Shown here: positions 29,628 to 38,795 of the stretch, piece by piece
Layout of the letters: the number at the start of each line of letters is the position of its first letter
Position numbering within the stretch: the stretch's first letter is position 1
DNA from: a bacterium
GTDB lineage: Bacteria > Omnitrophota > Gorgyraeia > Zapsychrales > Zapsychraceae
Direction of reading: 5' to 3'
Length of the DNA stretch: 64,000 bases
NCBI GenBank assembly: GCA_030429765.1
Contig: JAUIER010000004.1
Span: forward strand, 33,131 to 97,130
Position numbers and translations under genes: made by a program
The notes under the pieces: generated by a model
What the model was told of the DNA's origin: nothing
Databases searched by the model: none
The model's input: the letters and a program-made list of their open reading frames with translations, nothing else

Positions 29628-31166
29628 TTAACGTCTTTGTTCGATATATGATAATTCTCTTTCGATGGCGGCGGCATTACGTGGAAGATTATAATCCTGT
29701 TCCCGGATGATCTGCTGTTGGCGAGTGGGCATGGAGAGTTTACGATTAAAATTTTCATCCAGGATCTGCGGTGTAATAAAGATCACCAGTTCCCGCTGCT
29801 CTTCGGTCTTATCTTTGTGCCGGAAGGCCGCTCCCAGAATCGGAATCTTGCCGATCACGGGGACATGCTGCCGCACGTCTGATGATTCGGATCTTAAAAG
29901 GCCCCCGAGAATAATCGTGTCTCCGTCTCTTACACGCAAAATCGATTTACTTCCACGCTCCTCGGTATTCTTGAACTGATCCGCCCCCACAAAACCTGTC
30001 GCGGCCGTGGCCTGGATCACCTTGGGTTCAATCGCCATGGTGATCTCGCCTGTATGCACGTTGGCTTGTGGCGTGACCGTCAAAATAACCCCGGTGTCCG
30101 CCCGTTCGGCTTCCGTGGTGGCTTCCGTACCGGCGTCCGCCCCGGTGACACTGCTGGTCAATCCGATGGCCTCATTCGTGCTGATCTTGATCTCTGCCGT
30201 TTCATTATTGAGCGTAAGAATACGTGGCCGGGCCAGACTGCGAGTGTCTGTATTCGTCCGCAAAAACTGCAGTAAAAATGTCAGACCTTCGAAAGAGATA
30301 TTACTCGTGGTGTAACGCGTGTCGGCACTTCCCAAATCCTGACTCTCGATAAACGTGGTGGACGCGCCGGCAATCCGCCCGCTTTCATCGATATTATCCT
30401 CGAGGATATTGTCAAAATTGAACGGAAAAAATCCACGTTTCGAGCCGCCTGAAAAAGTCACCGGCGTCGAACCAAACTTAGCACCAAGCAGTTCTGAGGT
30501 ATCCTTGGAAATATCCAGCATCTCCACTTCAATCAGGATCTGCGGAATACGCACATCAAGTTGCTTGACCGTACGTTCGATCAAATCAAACTGACTGGGA
30601 ATATCGGTGATGAAAAGACTGTTGGTCCGCATATCCTCAACAATCTTGCCATTCGGTGACAACACCGCCTGAACCGCGCTGACAATCCCGGCCGTCTCAC
30701 CGGCGCTCGATGCCGCCCCACCATTCTCGAACGCCGAAAGTGTGGTGTTGAGTTTGGACGAGGGAATCGTGGCGTATCGAAGGGGATACACCCGGGTCAT
30801 TAATTGAACTTCCGGCACATTGAGCGGCTTGACAATAAAGATGTTACTGCCCTGCTGAATCTCGTAGGTCAGACTGTTCGCCGAAAGGATACGTTCCAGA
30901 GCTTCTTCCACCGAGACATTATCGAGATAGAGATTGATCGACTGACTGGCCACTTCGGCCGAAGCGATAAAATTCATACCGGACTGCTGTGAAAACATCT
31001 TCAGAACGTCTGTCAAACTGGCATTCTTAAGATCCAGGGAGATCTTTTTCTCCCGGTCCGGATAGAGGTAATAATCGTACTCCGAATACCGCTCCGCTAA
31101 AACCGGCTGCGCACAAAGTAAAATCCCCAACATCAGCTGTAAACATAATTTTCGACGCATGAACAC
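29628..31166 (-). CDS. gspD: Secretin (GspD/PilQ family)
   Basis: 512 aa with a signal peptide, N-domains and a C-terminal secretin domain (VLGGLL...VPVIGKIPILGAAF). Confidence 0.85.
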   Translation of the reverse strand: MFMRRKLCLQLMLGILLCAQPVLAERYSEYDYYLYPDREKKISLDLKNASLTDVLKMFSQQSGMNFIASAEVASQSINLYLDNVSVEEALERILSANSLTYEIQQGSNIFIVKPLNVPEVQLMTRVYPLRYATIPSSKLNTTLSAFENGGAASSAGETAGIVSAVQAVLSPNGKIVEDMRTNSLFITDIPSQFDLIERTVKQLDVRIPQILIEVEMLDISKDTSELLGAKFGSTPVTFSGGSKRGFFPFNFDNILEDNIDESGRIAGASTTFIESQDLGSADTRYTTSNISFEGLTFLLQFLRTNTDTRSLARPRILTLNNETAEIKISTNEAIGLTSSVTGADAGTEATTEAERADTGVILTVTPQANVHTGEITMAIEPKVIQATAATGFVGADQFKNTEERGSKSILRVRDGDTIILGGLLRSESSDVRQHVPVIGKIPILGAAFRHKDKTEEQRELVIFITPQILDENFNRKLSMPTRQQQIIREQDYNLPRNAAAIERELSYIEQRR

Positions 31167-31169
31167 TCC

Positions 31170-31622
31170 TTATGGATTCACCTTGAGATGAGTCCCGTTG
31201 ACTGAAACTCCGATTTCATTTTGGGTGATTGATTCAATCTTGAATTCGCCGACTTTATCCCCCACGTCTACCACGGTACCGTTAATGATCGCCTGCGGAC
31301 GGTCGGAATTCCAGATAATCCCGGAAACCTTAAAATTTGGCCGGGGAACAGGTGGCGGTGTCGTCTTGACGGCCGGACGCGGTGTCACCGTCCGTACCGG
31401 ATCCTTGGGTCTGACCGTTGTGTCGGGCTTGTTATCGTCTGCTGGATTTACGGGCTGCTCAACTTCTTTGGGCTTCTCAGGCAATTGTGGCAGAAATGGA
31501 TTTGGAATATCCGCCACCTCTTTTTGGATCTGAGCAATATCTTCATCCTCAAGGGCGTGCACCCAGAGGCTGTTAAGCAAAACGATTCCGAATACCATGC
31601 CAATCCGGACTAATCTGATCAT
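31170..31622 (-). CDS. PilP/GspC-like periplasmic protein
   Basis: 150 aa with an N-terminal anchor, a Pro-rich linker and a small C-terminal beta domain. Its position between the secretin and the PilO-like gene supports the call. Confidence 0.5.
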   Translation of the reverse strand: MIRLVRIGMVFGIVLLNSLWVHALEDEDIAQIQKEVADIPNPFLPQLPEKPKEVEQPVNPADDNKPDTTVRPKDPVRTVTPRPAVKTTPPPVPRPNFKVSGIIWNSDRPQAIINGTVVDVGDKVGEFKIESITQNEIGVSVNGTHLKVNP

Positions 31623-32257
31623 TTTCGTTCATCCAATTCTATGGCCGCAATTGAAATCGTTGCCGAGATCACCGGATCGCTAGGCACCTCCGGTTCTTCC
31701 TGTCGACCACGGCGTGAACGCCGGGTCTCCGCCACTCGCAATTTAGCCGAGACATTCTCCATCCGTACGGCGAACGGGGCATGTTCAACATCCCTGAGAA
31801 ACTCAATCAAATGGCTATACTCGTCGGCCGCCACGTTAAAATTAACCCGTTCCACCCGCGTAAAATCTGACTTGATTTCCTGTGCGGGCGTAAAAGATAT
31901 TATCTTAATATTACGATCAATCGCAAATCCCGAAATACGATCAATAAGATCATCAGCAACAATACTTTCGGGAAACTCATCCAAAAAATTCTTATGCTTT
32001 ATTTCATGCTCTTTAAATCGATCGACTGCATCCATTTTCTCGACCAGCGCAACATGCTCTTTTTCCAATTCCTTGATGGTTTTCTTGGAATTGATGTACA
32101 AATATATTGTTGCAGACAAACTCAAGAGGATCAATATAATAATGATTAAAATCTCGGGTTTCCCACGGAGATTATCCTGCACACTGACCAGGTCAATGTT
32201 CTTGAGGTCCTTAACATCGATGCTTTGGAGCTTATTAATCGCTTCGGCAATATTCAT
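31619..32257 (-). CDS. PilO/GspM-like bitopic inner-membrane protein
   Basis: 212 aa with a single TM followed by a coiled-coil and a periplasmic domain. It sits between the PilMN-like and PilP-like genes. Confidence 0.5.
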   Translation of the reverse strand: MNIAEAINKLQSIDVKDLKNIDLVSVQDNLRGKPEILIIIILILLSLSATIYLYINSKKTIKELEKEHVALVEKMDAVDRFKEHEIKHKNFLDEFPESIVADDLIDRISGFAIDRNIKIISFTPAQEIKSDFTRVERVNFNVAADEYSHLIEFLRDVEHAPFAVRMENVSAKLRVAETRRSRRGRQEEPEVPSDPVISATISIAAIELDERK

Positions 32258-32260
32258 AAT

Positions 32261-33796
32261 TTACTCGCACTTGATCTTGAAGTAGGTCACATCAAATCCC
32301 TGTAAGTTTTTGGATTCGGTCGTTAAAATATCAATCGTGTTAAAGTATTCTGTCAGAACCTTGTCGTCCTTTAAGTTTTTCTGCAGCCGGTAGACCAGAC
32401 GGAACTGCTCATTCACGTTTTCATGATAGACATAACCGCTCATATTAATGACCGGTTTATCTTTCGTGTCGCTATCGTTGTAACTGACACTCATACTTTC
32501 AAACCACGCCCCTTCCGGAAGCAACATGGGCACCTCGGTAAAAAAGATGGCGATATCACTCGATATGCGGATATCATCATAGTACTGCTGCTTGGTGGTC
32601 AGCTGTGAATTTCTCAAATCAATGGTTTCGATGTCCTCTTCCGCGAATATATCCAACTCCTTCACTATTTGATCAACTTTTTTCTGCGCACTATCAACCG
32701 ATTTCTGGGTGACAAAAAATATGGTGCCTATCAAGGCAATACAACCTAATAATGTCGGCAAAATGGCCTTGATGCTAAAGGGCAGCTTGGCTTCCATGGA
32801 GGCCTTGGATTTGGTCTTCTTGGCCCTGGACCTTCCGCCCGAGAAACTGAGCTCGGCCTCTAGATTCACCGAGTTGACAATCGACACACCAAACGCGTTC
32901 AGATAGTTGATATCATCGGCCTTGGCCTGCCCCAAGACCTGCTTACTGGACAGCGACGTGACATCCATCCCCAAATCTGCCTTGATCCCGCCGATCAATT
33001 CATTGCTCATATTCTCAGATACCAAAATCAACCGAGACACCGTGAACGTCCGATCCTGCCTGGAAAAATAGTCGAGCGAAATCCTTAATTCATTGATCAA
33101 TTTTGTGTTGGGATCTGTATCCACCAACGGTGCATCGTCGGCTACGGAAGGATTGATCTTTAAATGAAACTCACGGACAAAAATTGGAATCTTGTCGGAT
33201 ATGACCGTGATCTTGCCGTACTCATCTTCATGCTCAACAATCGCCAGCACATCGCCTTCCGGCAGCAGATTCGCCGATGTAAACGCCCGGGCCAAAGACA
33301 ACTGCGCCGGCTCAATAATGTTGATCGACAATCCGGCCTTGGTCAAAATCTTCTGGTATTCTTCAAGCGTGTCACGGCGGATCGCCACAAAAATGATACG
33401 GTACTTTTTGGTTGTACCCTGATTAAATTGAATCGGATAATAGGAATACTTAAGCTGATCGAGATTAAACGGAACATACTTCCCGGCCTCAAACACAACC
33501 GCCCCCTTGACCTCACTGGACGGCATGTAGGGAATGACAAACGACCGGAAAATAATCTCTCTGGTCGGCAGGGCCAGATGAAATTCCTTGGCCTTGATCC
33601 GGTGCTGTTTGATCGCGGCCTGGATACTGGCGGCTAGAGAATTACCGGCATCCGTAAACCCTTCTCCGGGAACCAAATTCTGATCGTTGGGATCGATCGG
33701 AATACTGAAGAGCGCAGTGGCCTTGCCTTGATTGGTGCCCACAAACAAAATCTTGGTCTCACCCCAGTAAATACCGACTTGATTGCTATCAGCCAT
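32261..33796 (-). CDS. Fused PilM-PilN (GspL-like): cytoplasmic actin-like ATPase-fold domain + TM + PilN-like periplasmic domain
   Basis: 511 aa. The N-terminal ~330 aa are PilM/FtsA-like, followed by one TM (LPTLLGCIALIGTIFFV) and a ~150 aa periplasmic domain. Confidence 0.6.
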   Translation of the reverse strand: MADSNQVGIYWGETKILFVGTNQGKATALFSIPIDPNDQNLVPGEGFTDAGNSLAASIQAAIKQHRIKAKEFHLALPTREIIFRSFVIPYMPSSEVKGAVVFEAGKYVPFNLDQLKYSYYPIQFNQGTTKKYRIIFVAIRRDTLEEYQKILTKAGLSINIIEPAQLSLARAFTSANLLPEGDVLAIVEHEDEYGKITVISDKIPIFVREFHLKINPSVADDAPLVDTDPNTKLINELRISLDYFSRQDRTFTVSRLILVSENMSNELIGGIKADLGMDVTSLSSKQVLGQAKADDINYLNAFGVSIVNSVNLEAELSFSGGRSRAKKTKSKASMEAKLPFSIKAILPTLLGCIALIGTIFFVTQKSVDSAQKKVDQIVKELDIFAEEDIETIDLRNSQLTTKQQYYDDIRISSDIAIFFTEVPMLLPEGAWFESMSVSYNDSDTKDKPVINMSGYVYHENVNEQFRLVYRLQKNLKDDKVLTEYFNTIDILTTESKNLQGFDVTYFKIKCE

Positions 33797-34060
33797 ACAC
33801 TTTTATAGAATTGGTCAGGAGGCTTGATCAGCCAACTAACACGTGAACATTGAACCGCTCCGGCAGGACAAATTTGCCGAATCGATCACCGTTTTTTGAA
33901 GGAAAAGTTACGCAACTTCAATAATCACAATGATTAACGAAATATTGATGCAAAACATGAAATATTTGTCTAAATTTTATTAGACTATAACAGCTCATGC
34001 TTGTCAAACAATTTGCAAAGTATTTTGATAGAATGATTTAGGAAGTTTTAGGCAGGACGT

Positions 34061-34390
34061 TTAATAGTCAACGGTGACTTCGACTACACTGGATCCCATT
34101 AGTCCGCCGCCTGTCGTTCGCAGGCTTACGGTATATGGCACCCCGCTGACGGTAACGGTGTAAGGGGTATTCGAGGGGGTTAGGCCGGCCTGAAATTCTG
34201 CCGCCGCTCGACGGGCCTCCCCTGAGGCGAGCAACTGACTCTGCAGTGACTGATACTGACCTTCGGTCAAACGCGTCTGACTTACATTCATACTAATCAC
34301 GGAAATCACGACCCCCATGATCACCACAACAATCACGATCACCGTGATGAGGATTACTCCGCTTTCATTGTTTATGGATTTGAGTCGCAT
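34061..34390 (-). CDS. PilX-N/TadE-like small membrane-anchored pilus-associated protein
   Basis: 109 aa with an N-terminal TM followed by ...QTRLTEGQYQSLQSQLLASGEARRAAAEFQAGL, which resembles the PilX N-terminal domain. Confidence 0.35.
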   Translation of the reverse strand: MRLKSINNESGVILITVIVIVVVIMGVVISVISMNVSQTRLTEGQYQSLQSQLLASGEARRAAAEFQAGLTPSNTPYTVTVSGVPYTVSLRTTGGGLMGSSVVEVTVDY

Positions 34391-34640
34391 CTTTCTGATG
34401 ATCTCCCTGCTTATCCGTCAAATCAGCCGACAGGTAACTCTTGCACAATGGACACACAATTATTTCGGAACGGCGATAATTAAAAAACATATGCCCGCAA
34501 TACTGACACCGGGTCAGAAATTCCGTGTTATCGGTCGGCTCCTCGTCTCTGCAATTATAAAATATCCATACCCCCAAAACAAGGGTGATCGGCACCGACA
34601 AAAAGACAGCCACAGCCCAACTCACGGATATTTCAATCAT
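34365..34640 (-). CDS. Small membrane protein with C4 zinc-ribbon
   Basis: 91 aa with one TM followed by CxxC-N16-CxxC. It is translationally coupled to its neighbours. Confidence 0.4.
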   Translation of the reverse strand: MIEISVSWAVAVFLSVPITLVLGVWIFYNCRDEEPTDNTEFLTRCQYCGHMFFNYRRSEIIVCPLCKSYLSADLTDKQGDHQKDATQIHKQ

Positions 34641-35062
34641 TTGGTCTGAAACCTCAAGGGTTCGTACTTCACAGGTGCAGGGATCCCCAAATCATCCAAG
34701 ACCTCCTCAAAGCCCTCAGTGTCAGCCTCAAGCGCGTCCACCACCCGGGGGGAGGGTTTGTGCTTGATATCGATGGTTGCCTTGTATGATGGCTTAGGGA
34801 CCGATCGGTCGTCATAGGGAGAAATCGTCTTGGGAAGTTCGATATCCGAGGTCGGCCTCAGAACATCATCATGTTCACCGCGGATCGCAGCCGCCGAAAT
34901 TTCGCCGGGATTAAACAATGCGCCAAAAAACACCATGACCGGTTTGTGAGGCTCGGGTTTGACGGGTACAACGAATATGAATAGATTTAACAACAGCAAA
35001 TGAATGAGAAATGAAATTCCCAACGCTTGGACCGGCCAACCATTCTTGATGAGGACAGACAT
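34637..35062 (-). CDS. TonB/TolA-like minimal membrane anchor protein
   Basis: It has a TM helix followed by PVKPEPHKP and no recognisable TonB C-terminal domain. I used the internal ATG at 35060-35062 to avoid a 63-bp overlap with exbD. Its position downstream of exbB-exbD is the classic order. Confidence 0.4.
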   Translation of the reverse strand: MSVLIKNGWPVQALGISFLIHLLLLNLFIFVVPVKPEPHKPVMVFFGALFNPGEISAAAIRGEHDDVLRPTSDIELPKTISPYDDRSVPKPSYKATIDIKHKPSPRVVDALEADTEGFEEVLDDLGIPAPVKYEPLRFQTK

Positions 35063-35064
35063 TG

Positions 35065-35469
35065 TTAGTTGTCTTGGTTTGTGGCGATATTCACCCGCTC
35101 TATTCCATAATTCCGGCACAAATCCCAAATATCCACAATACGTCCCACGGACGCCCGACGATCAGACTTGATCAGGATCGGCCGGTTTTTATTGATTGGA
35201 TTTTTAAGGATCTCTTCCAACTCTTTGGTGCTGACAATTTTTCCATTCAAATAGGTCACGTTCTCACTGGTGATCGTAATGATCATGTTCTCATCTTTGA
35301 TGACGTCACTGGTGACAGCCTTGGGAAGCTTGACGTTGATCCCGGACTGAAACGTAAACGATGATGACAGCATGAAAAATATCAACAGCTGAAAAATGAC
35401 GTCAATGAGCGGCGCGATATCAATTTGACGCGGGCTTTTTTCCAGTTTCAAATGTTGGCGAAAGCGCAT
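35065..35469 (-). CDS. exbD: Biopolymer transport protein ExbD/TolR
   Basis: 134 aa with the IAPLIDVIFQLLIFFM TM motif carrying a conserved Asp. Confidence 0.85.
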   Translation of the reverse strand: MRFRQHLKLEKSPRQIDIAPLIDVIFQLLIFFMLSSSFTFQSGINVKLPKAVTSDVIKDENMIITITSENVTYLNGKIVSTKELEEILKNPINKNRPILIKSDRRASVGRIVDIWDLCRNYGIERVNIATNQDN

Positions 35470-35482
35470 TTAAAACCCTTCC

Positions 35483-36136
35483 TTAAACCGTTGTCTCGGT
35501 GATTTGCGTCATGAAATTTACCAGCTCCGTGGCCCCGCGCTCCATCTCCAGCGTAAAGTGATTAACCCGGTTGACAAAATAATTATAGGCGACAAATGTG
35601 GGAATCGCGACCGCCAGGCCGGCGACCGTTGTCAACAAGGCCTCCCCGATCCCGCCGGCCAAATCGCCCGGCGTTACCGGATTCAATGAAGCGGCCCGAA
35701 CCTGAATGGTATGAAAACTTGTAACCATCCCCGTCACTGTCCCAAGCAGTCCGATCAGCGGACTGATTTGTGAAATCGTCGCCAATGCGCCCAGCCGGCT
35801 TTCCAGTTTGGGTATCTGGAAAAGGCTCGCGTCCTCCATGCTCTCCTTGATCTCATCCCGTGGCGCACCAAACTTGATGATACCGGCCTTCATGATCTTC
35901 GCGACAGGTGACCGGCTGTGATCACAAAGGTGCACCGCCTCCTTGATCTTATTGTGCTTCAAATCTTCAAAGATACTTTGTTTGAATTGACGAACATTGG
36001 TTTTGATGAAGGAAAAATAGATGATCTTTTCGATGATTATTCCCAAGGCAAATACCGAACACAAGATTAATGGAATCATCAGCGGTCCGCCTTTTTTGAT
36101 CAGCGTAACGGCGTTCATTTCCCATATTCCACCCAT
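35483..36136 (-). CDS. exbB: MotA/TolQ/ExbB proton-channel protein
   Basis: 217 aa with 3 TM helices and a conserved C-terminal TM region (GTVTGM...GIGEALLTT). Confidence 0.85.
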   Translation of the reverse strand: MGGIWEMNAVTLIKKGGPLMIPLILCSVFALGIIIEKIIYFSFIKTNVRQFKQSIFEDLKHNKIKEAVHLCDHSRSPVAKIMKAGIIKFGAPRDEIKESMEDASLFQIPKLESRLGALATISQISPLIGLLGTVTGMVTSFHTIQVRAASLNPVTPGDLAGGIGEALLTTVAGLAVAIPTFVAYNYFVNRVNHFTLEMERGATELVNFMTQITETTV

Positions 36137-36169
36137 AAAATTTCCTCCTGACTCTAGGTTCTAGATATC

Positions 36170-38650
36170 TTAAATGCCATGCTGCTTGATCCAGTCCAAG
36201 CGCTCATTGGCAAATTTCATTTCACTGGCCTTGGTGTCGATGACTTTTTGATAGGCGTTCGTGGCCTGCGCCCAGTCCTCGCTATCTTCAAATATCCGCG
36301 CCACCCTAAGGTAGGCCTTAACCACGACGTCCTGATCATCTGAATACAGATACGGAATCTTCATGTATTCATCGACGGCCTTTTCCGGCTCATTGAGCAA
36401 CTGATAGGTGTCGGCAATCTTAAACTGAATCTCCGAATCCTTGTACAAACTGTCCGACATCTGGGCATTGATGGCCAGACGCAGCGTCTCTATCGCTTGC
36501 GTGTATTCTTTGTTCTGTCGCTGCACGTCAGCAATTTTGACATAGGCGTCGCGCTTAAAGGCCGGTGAATTCTCAATGATATTATTGTATGTCTTAATCG
36601 CGGCCGCAGGATCCATTTCCTGGGAAAAAATATCCGCGATCGCCAGCCGCGCCTTAACGAAGATATCGCGACCGTCTTTCTCCGTGATCCTATTCAATGT
36701 CTGAATCGCTTCATCATAACGGTTCAGCGCCGACAAAGACTGAGCCAACTCGTAACGCACCAAAGGCAGGCTCTCGCTGCCCGGAAACGTCCGGATGAAC
36801 GTCCGATAATAGTCCACGGCCTTGGCGTAGGACCCATCCTCCAAATAGTGATCACCCAGCCATATCATCGCCTCCTGGGCCTCCGGCGTTTGGGGATATT
36901 TGATGATGATATTACTAAACTTTGAAATCGCCTCAGCCGTCGATTTATTTTCATACAGGCTCTTGGCGATTCCCATCTCCGCCGTCTTCACAATCTCTTT
37001 CTGAAGTGGATAATTTTTGATAATCCGTCGAAATGTCTGGATCGCGGCATCGTATTCCTTGAGATTAAACTGTGACAATCCTAGAATATAAACAGCCTCT
37101 GACATCAGCTCGTTCTGCGGACCGATCCCTTTCAGAAAATCCTCGATTTGATTCTTGGCCATTGTCCAATTATTTTTCTTGAAATACGCGATCGCGAGGT
37201 AGTAATTGACATCCGACAGATACTTGCTGGTCGGAAAATTCGTTCTCAAACTCTGAAACGACAAGGTGGCCGCCTCGATCCGTTCCATCTTCAGCAACGC
37301 AATTCCCTGACGGTACTGCACATAGTCCGTGTACTGACTCTCCGGATACTCACCGAGAATCTCGTCGTAGATGATCACCGATTTTTCCAGCTCCCCGATG
37401 TCCTGATAGGCGTCACCGATCTGCGTCATCGCGCTGATCTTAACGGTTTTCTTATCCGCCCGCTGTTTGATCTCTTCAAAACTCTGGATCGACGCCTTGA
37501 AGTTATCGTTCTTTAAATAGGCCCAGGCCAACCCAAAGTAAGCCTTCTCATGCAGCTCTGAAAACAAACGACGTTCCTTCAATCGCTCAATCAAAAGTTT
37601 ATAGTTGTCAATGGCCTTGGCATACTGTTCGCGCTTATAGTGAATGTTGGCGATACCCAGATAGCTTTCGTTAACACGCGGACTTTTCGGAAAATTGGCA
37701 ATCAGCTGCTCATAGGCCTCTAGCGCTTTGTCATATTCCTCCATCTGCGTATACAGTGTAGCCTGCCCCAGAAAGACATCGTCTGATAAAATCCCTTTTT
37801 CCTTGGCAAACGCCAGCGCTGAATCAAAACTATCGCCGGCCAGTTTATACTTCTCGAGTTTGAGATAGCTCCACCCCATACTCACCTTGGCCATAAGAAT
37901 GACTTTGCTTTCGTAGGAAATTTCGGCGGTCTTGGCGTAGTAGGTCACCGCCGTCAAAGGATCGTCGAGATAGTAATGTGATTCCGCGATGTAGAAGTAC
38001 GCCTCAGCCTTTTTCGTTGTCCGCGGAAACTTATCCAGATAATCCAAGAAGTATGTGATCGTTTCCGAATAATTCTGAAGGTTGTACTCGATCTCACCCA
38101 GCTTGAACGCCGAATCGGATGTTAATTGATGTTCGGGAAATTTTTGTTTGAGTTCAAGGAATGTCTTTCGGGCCTCTTTATACTGCCCCTCTTCAAATTG
38201 CACCCATCCGTAAGAATAATATGCCTGCGGCGTGTAGACCGATTGCGGATACAGCTCAATGAGTTGAAGATAGTGTTTCTTGGCCTGCTTGTAGTCCGTT
38301 CCCTTGAGATAAGTTTCACCAAGCCAATACAGCGTCGCGTCCTTGTACTCGGAATGCGCCATTAAACCGTTAAAAACTTCGTAGGCTTTGAGGTATTGCC
38401 CTTTAAAGAAGTAACATCGCCCCAAAAGCAATTCGACCTGAATTCGTTTCTGCGTCTCAGGAAACTGCTCGAGCAATTGGTTGACATAGCGAATCGCGAC
38501 GTCATAAAAGCCGTCTTCGAAGGCCTTTTGCGCCACCAGAAACATCTCGCTATCACTGTTCTGCGCCGCGGCCGGTGTCGCGGTCATCAGCGGGACAAAT
38601 ATCGCAAGCAAGAGTAAAAATCGGGTAAACATACGTGTGAGGGTGTTCAT
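36170..38650 (-). CDS. Large secreted TPR-repeat protein (YbgF/CpoB-like repeats, ~18 TPRs)
   Basis: 826 aa with a signal peptide (MFTRFLLLLAIFVPLMTATPAAAQ) followed by tandem 34-aa TPR-like repeats throughout. It is the first gene of the exbBD operon. Confidence 0.75.
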   Translation of the reverse strand: MNTLTRMFTRFLLLLAIFVPLMTATPAAAQNSDSEMFLVAQKAFEDGFYDVAIRYVNQLLEQFPETQKRIQVELLLGRCYFFKGQYLKAYEVFNGLMAHSEYKDATLYWLGETYLKGTDYKQAKKHYLQLIELYPQSVYTPQAYYSYGWVQFEEGQYKEARKTFLELKQKFPEHQLTSDSAFKLGEIEYNLQNYSETITYFLDYLDKFPRTTKKAEAYFYIAESHYYLDDPLTAVTYYAKTAEISYESKVILMAKVSMGWSYLKLEKYKLAGDSFDSALAFAKEKGILSDDVFLGQATLYTQMEEYDKALEAYEQLIANFPKSPRVNESYLGIANIHYKREQYAKAIDNYKLLIERLKERRLFSELHEKAYFGLAWAYLKNDNFKASIQSFEEIKQRADKKTVKISAMTQIGDAYQDIGELEKSVIIYDEILGEYPESQYTDYVQYRQGIALLKMERIEAATLSFQSLRTNFPTSKYLSDVNYYLAIAYFKKNNWTMAKNQIEDFLKGIGPQNELMSEAVYILGLSQFNLKEYDAAIQTFRRIIKNYPLQKEIVKTAEMGIAKSLYENKSTAEAISKFSNIIIKYPQTPEAQEAMIWLGDHYLEDGSYAKAVDYYRTFIRTFPGSESLPLVRYELAQSLSALNRYDEAIQTLNRITEKDGRDIFVKARLAIADIFSQEMDPAAAIKTYNNIIENSPAFKRDAYVKIADVQRQNKEYTQAIETLRLAINAQMSDSLYKDSEIQFKIADTYQLLNEPEKAVDEYMKIPYLYSDDQDVVVKAYLRVARIFEDSEDWAQATNAYQKVIDTKASEMKFANERLDWIKQHGI

Positions 38651-38657
38651 GCGGGCT

Positions 38658-38685
38658 ATTATATCAGCTTTTGGGGGCTTTTCAA
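38658..38685 (-). promoter_or_regulatory. Sigma70-like promoter (TTGAAA-16-TATAAT) for the TPR-exbB-exbD operon
   Basis: The minus-strand -35 is at 38680-38685 and the -10 at 38658-38663. The -10 lies only 7 nt upstream of the ATG at 38650, so the transcript is possibly leaderless. Confidence 0.5.
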
Positions 38686-38795
38686 TTTTGTATCAGCGAT
38701 TCCTGAGAGTCCTCGTAAGATTTGTTCTCAGAGGCATTTAAGAAACAGTATTTGGAAATCCGTGACGATATGATTGGAGCTAGCGACACTGTCAC

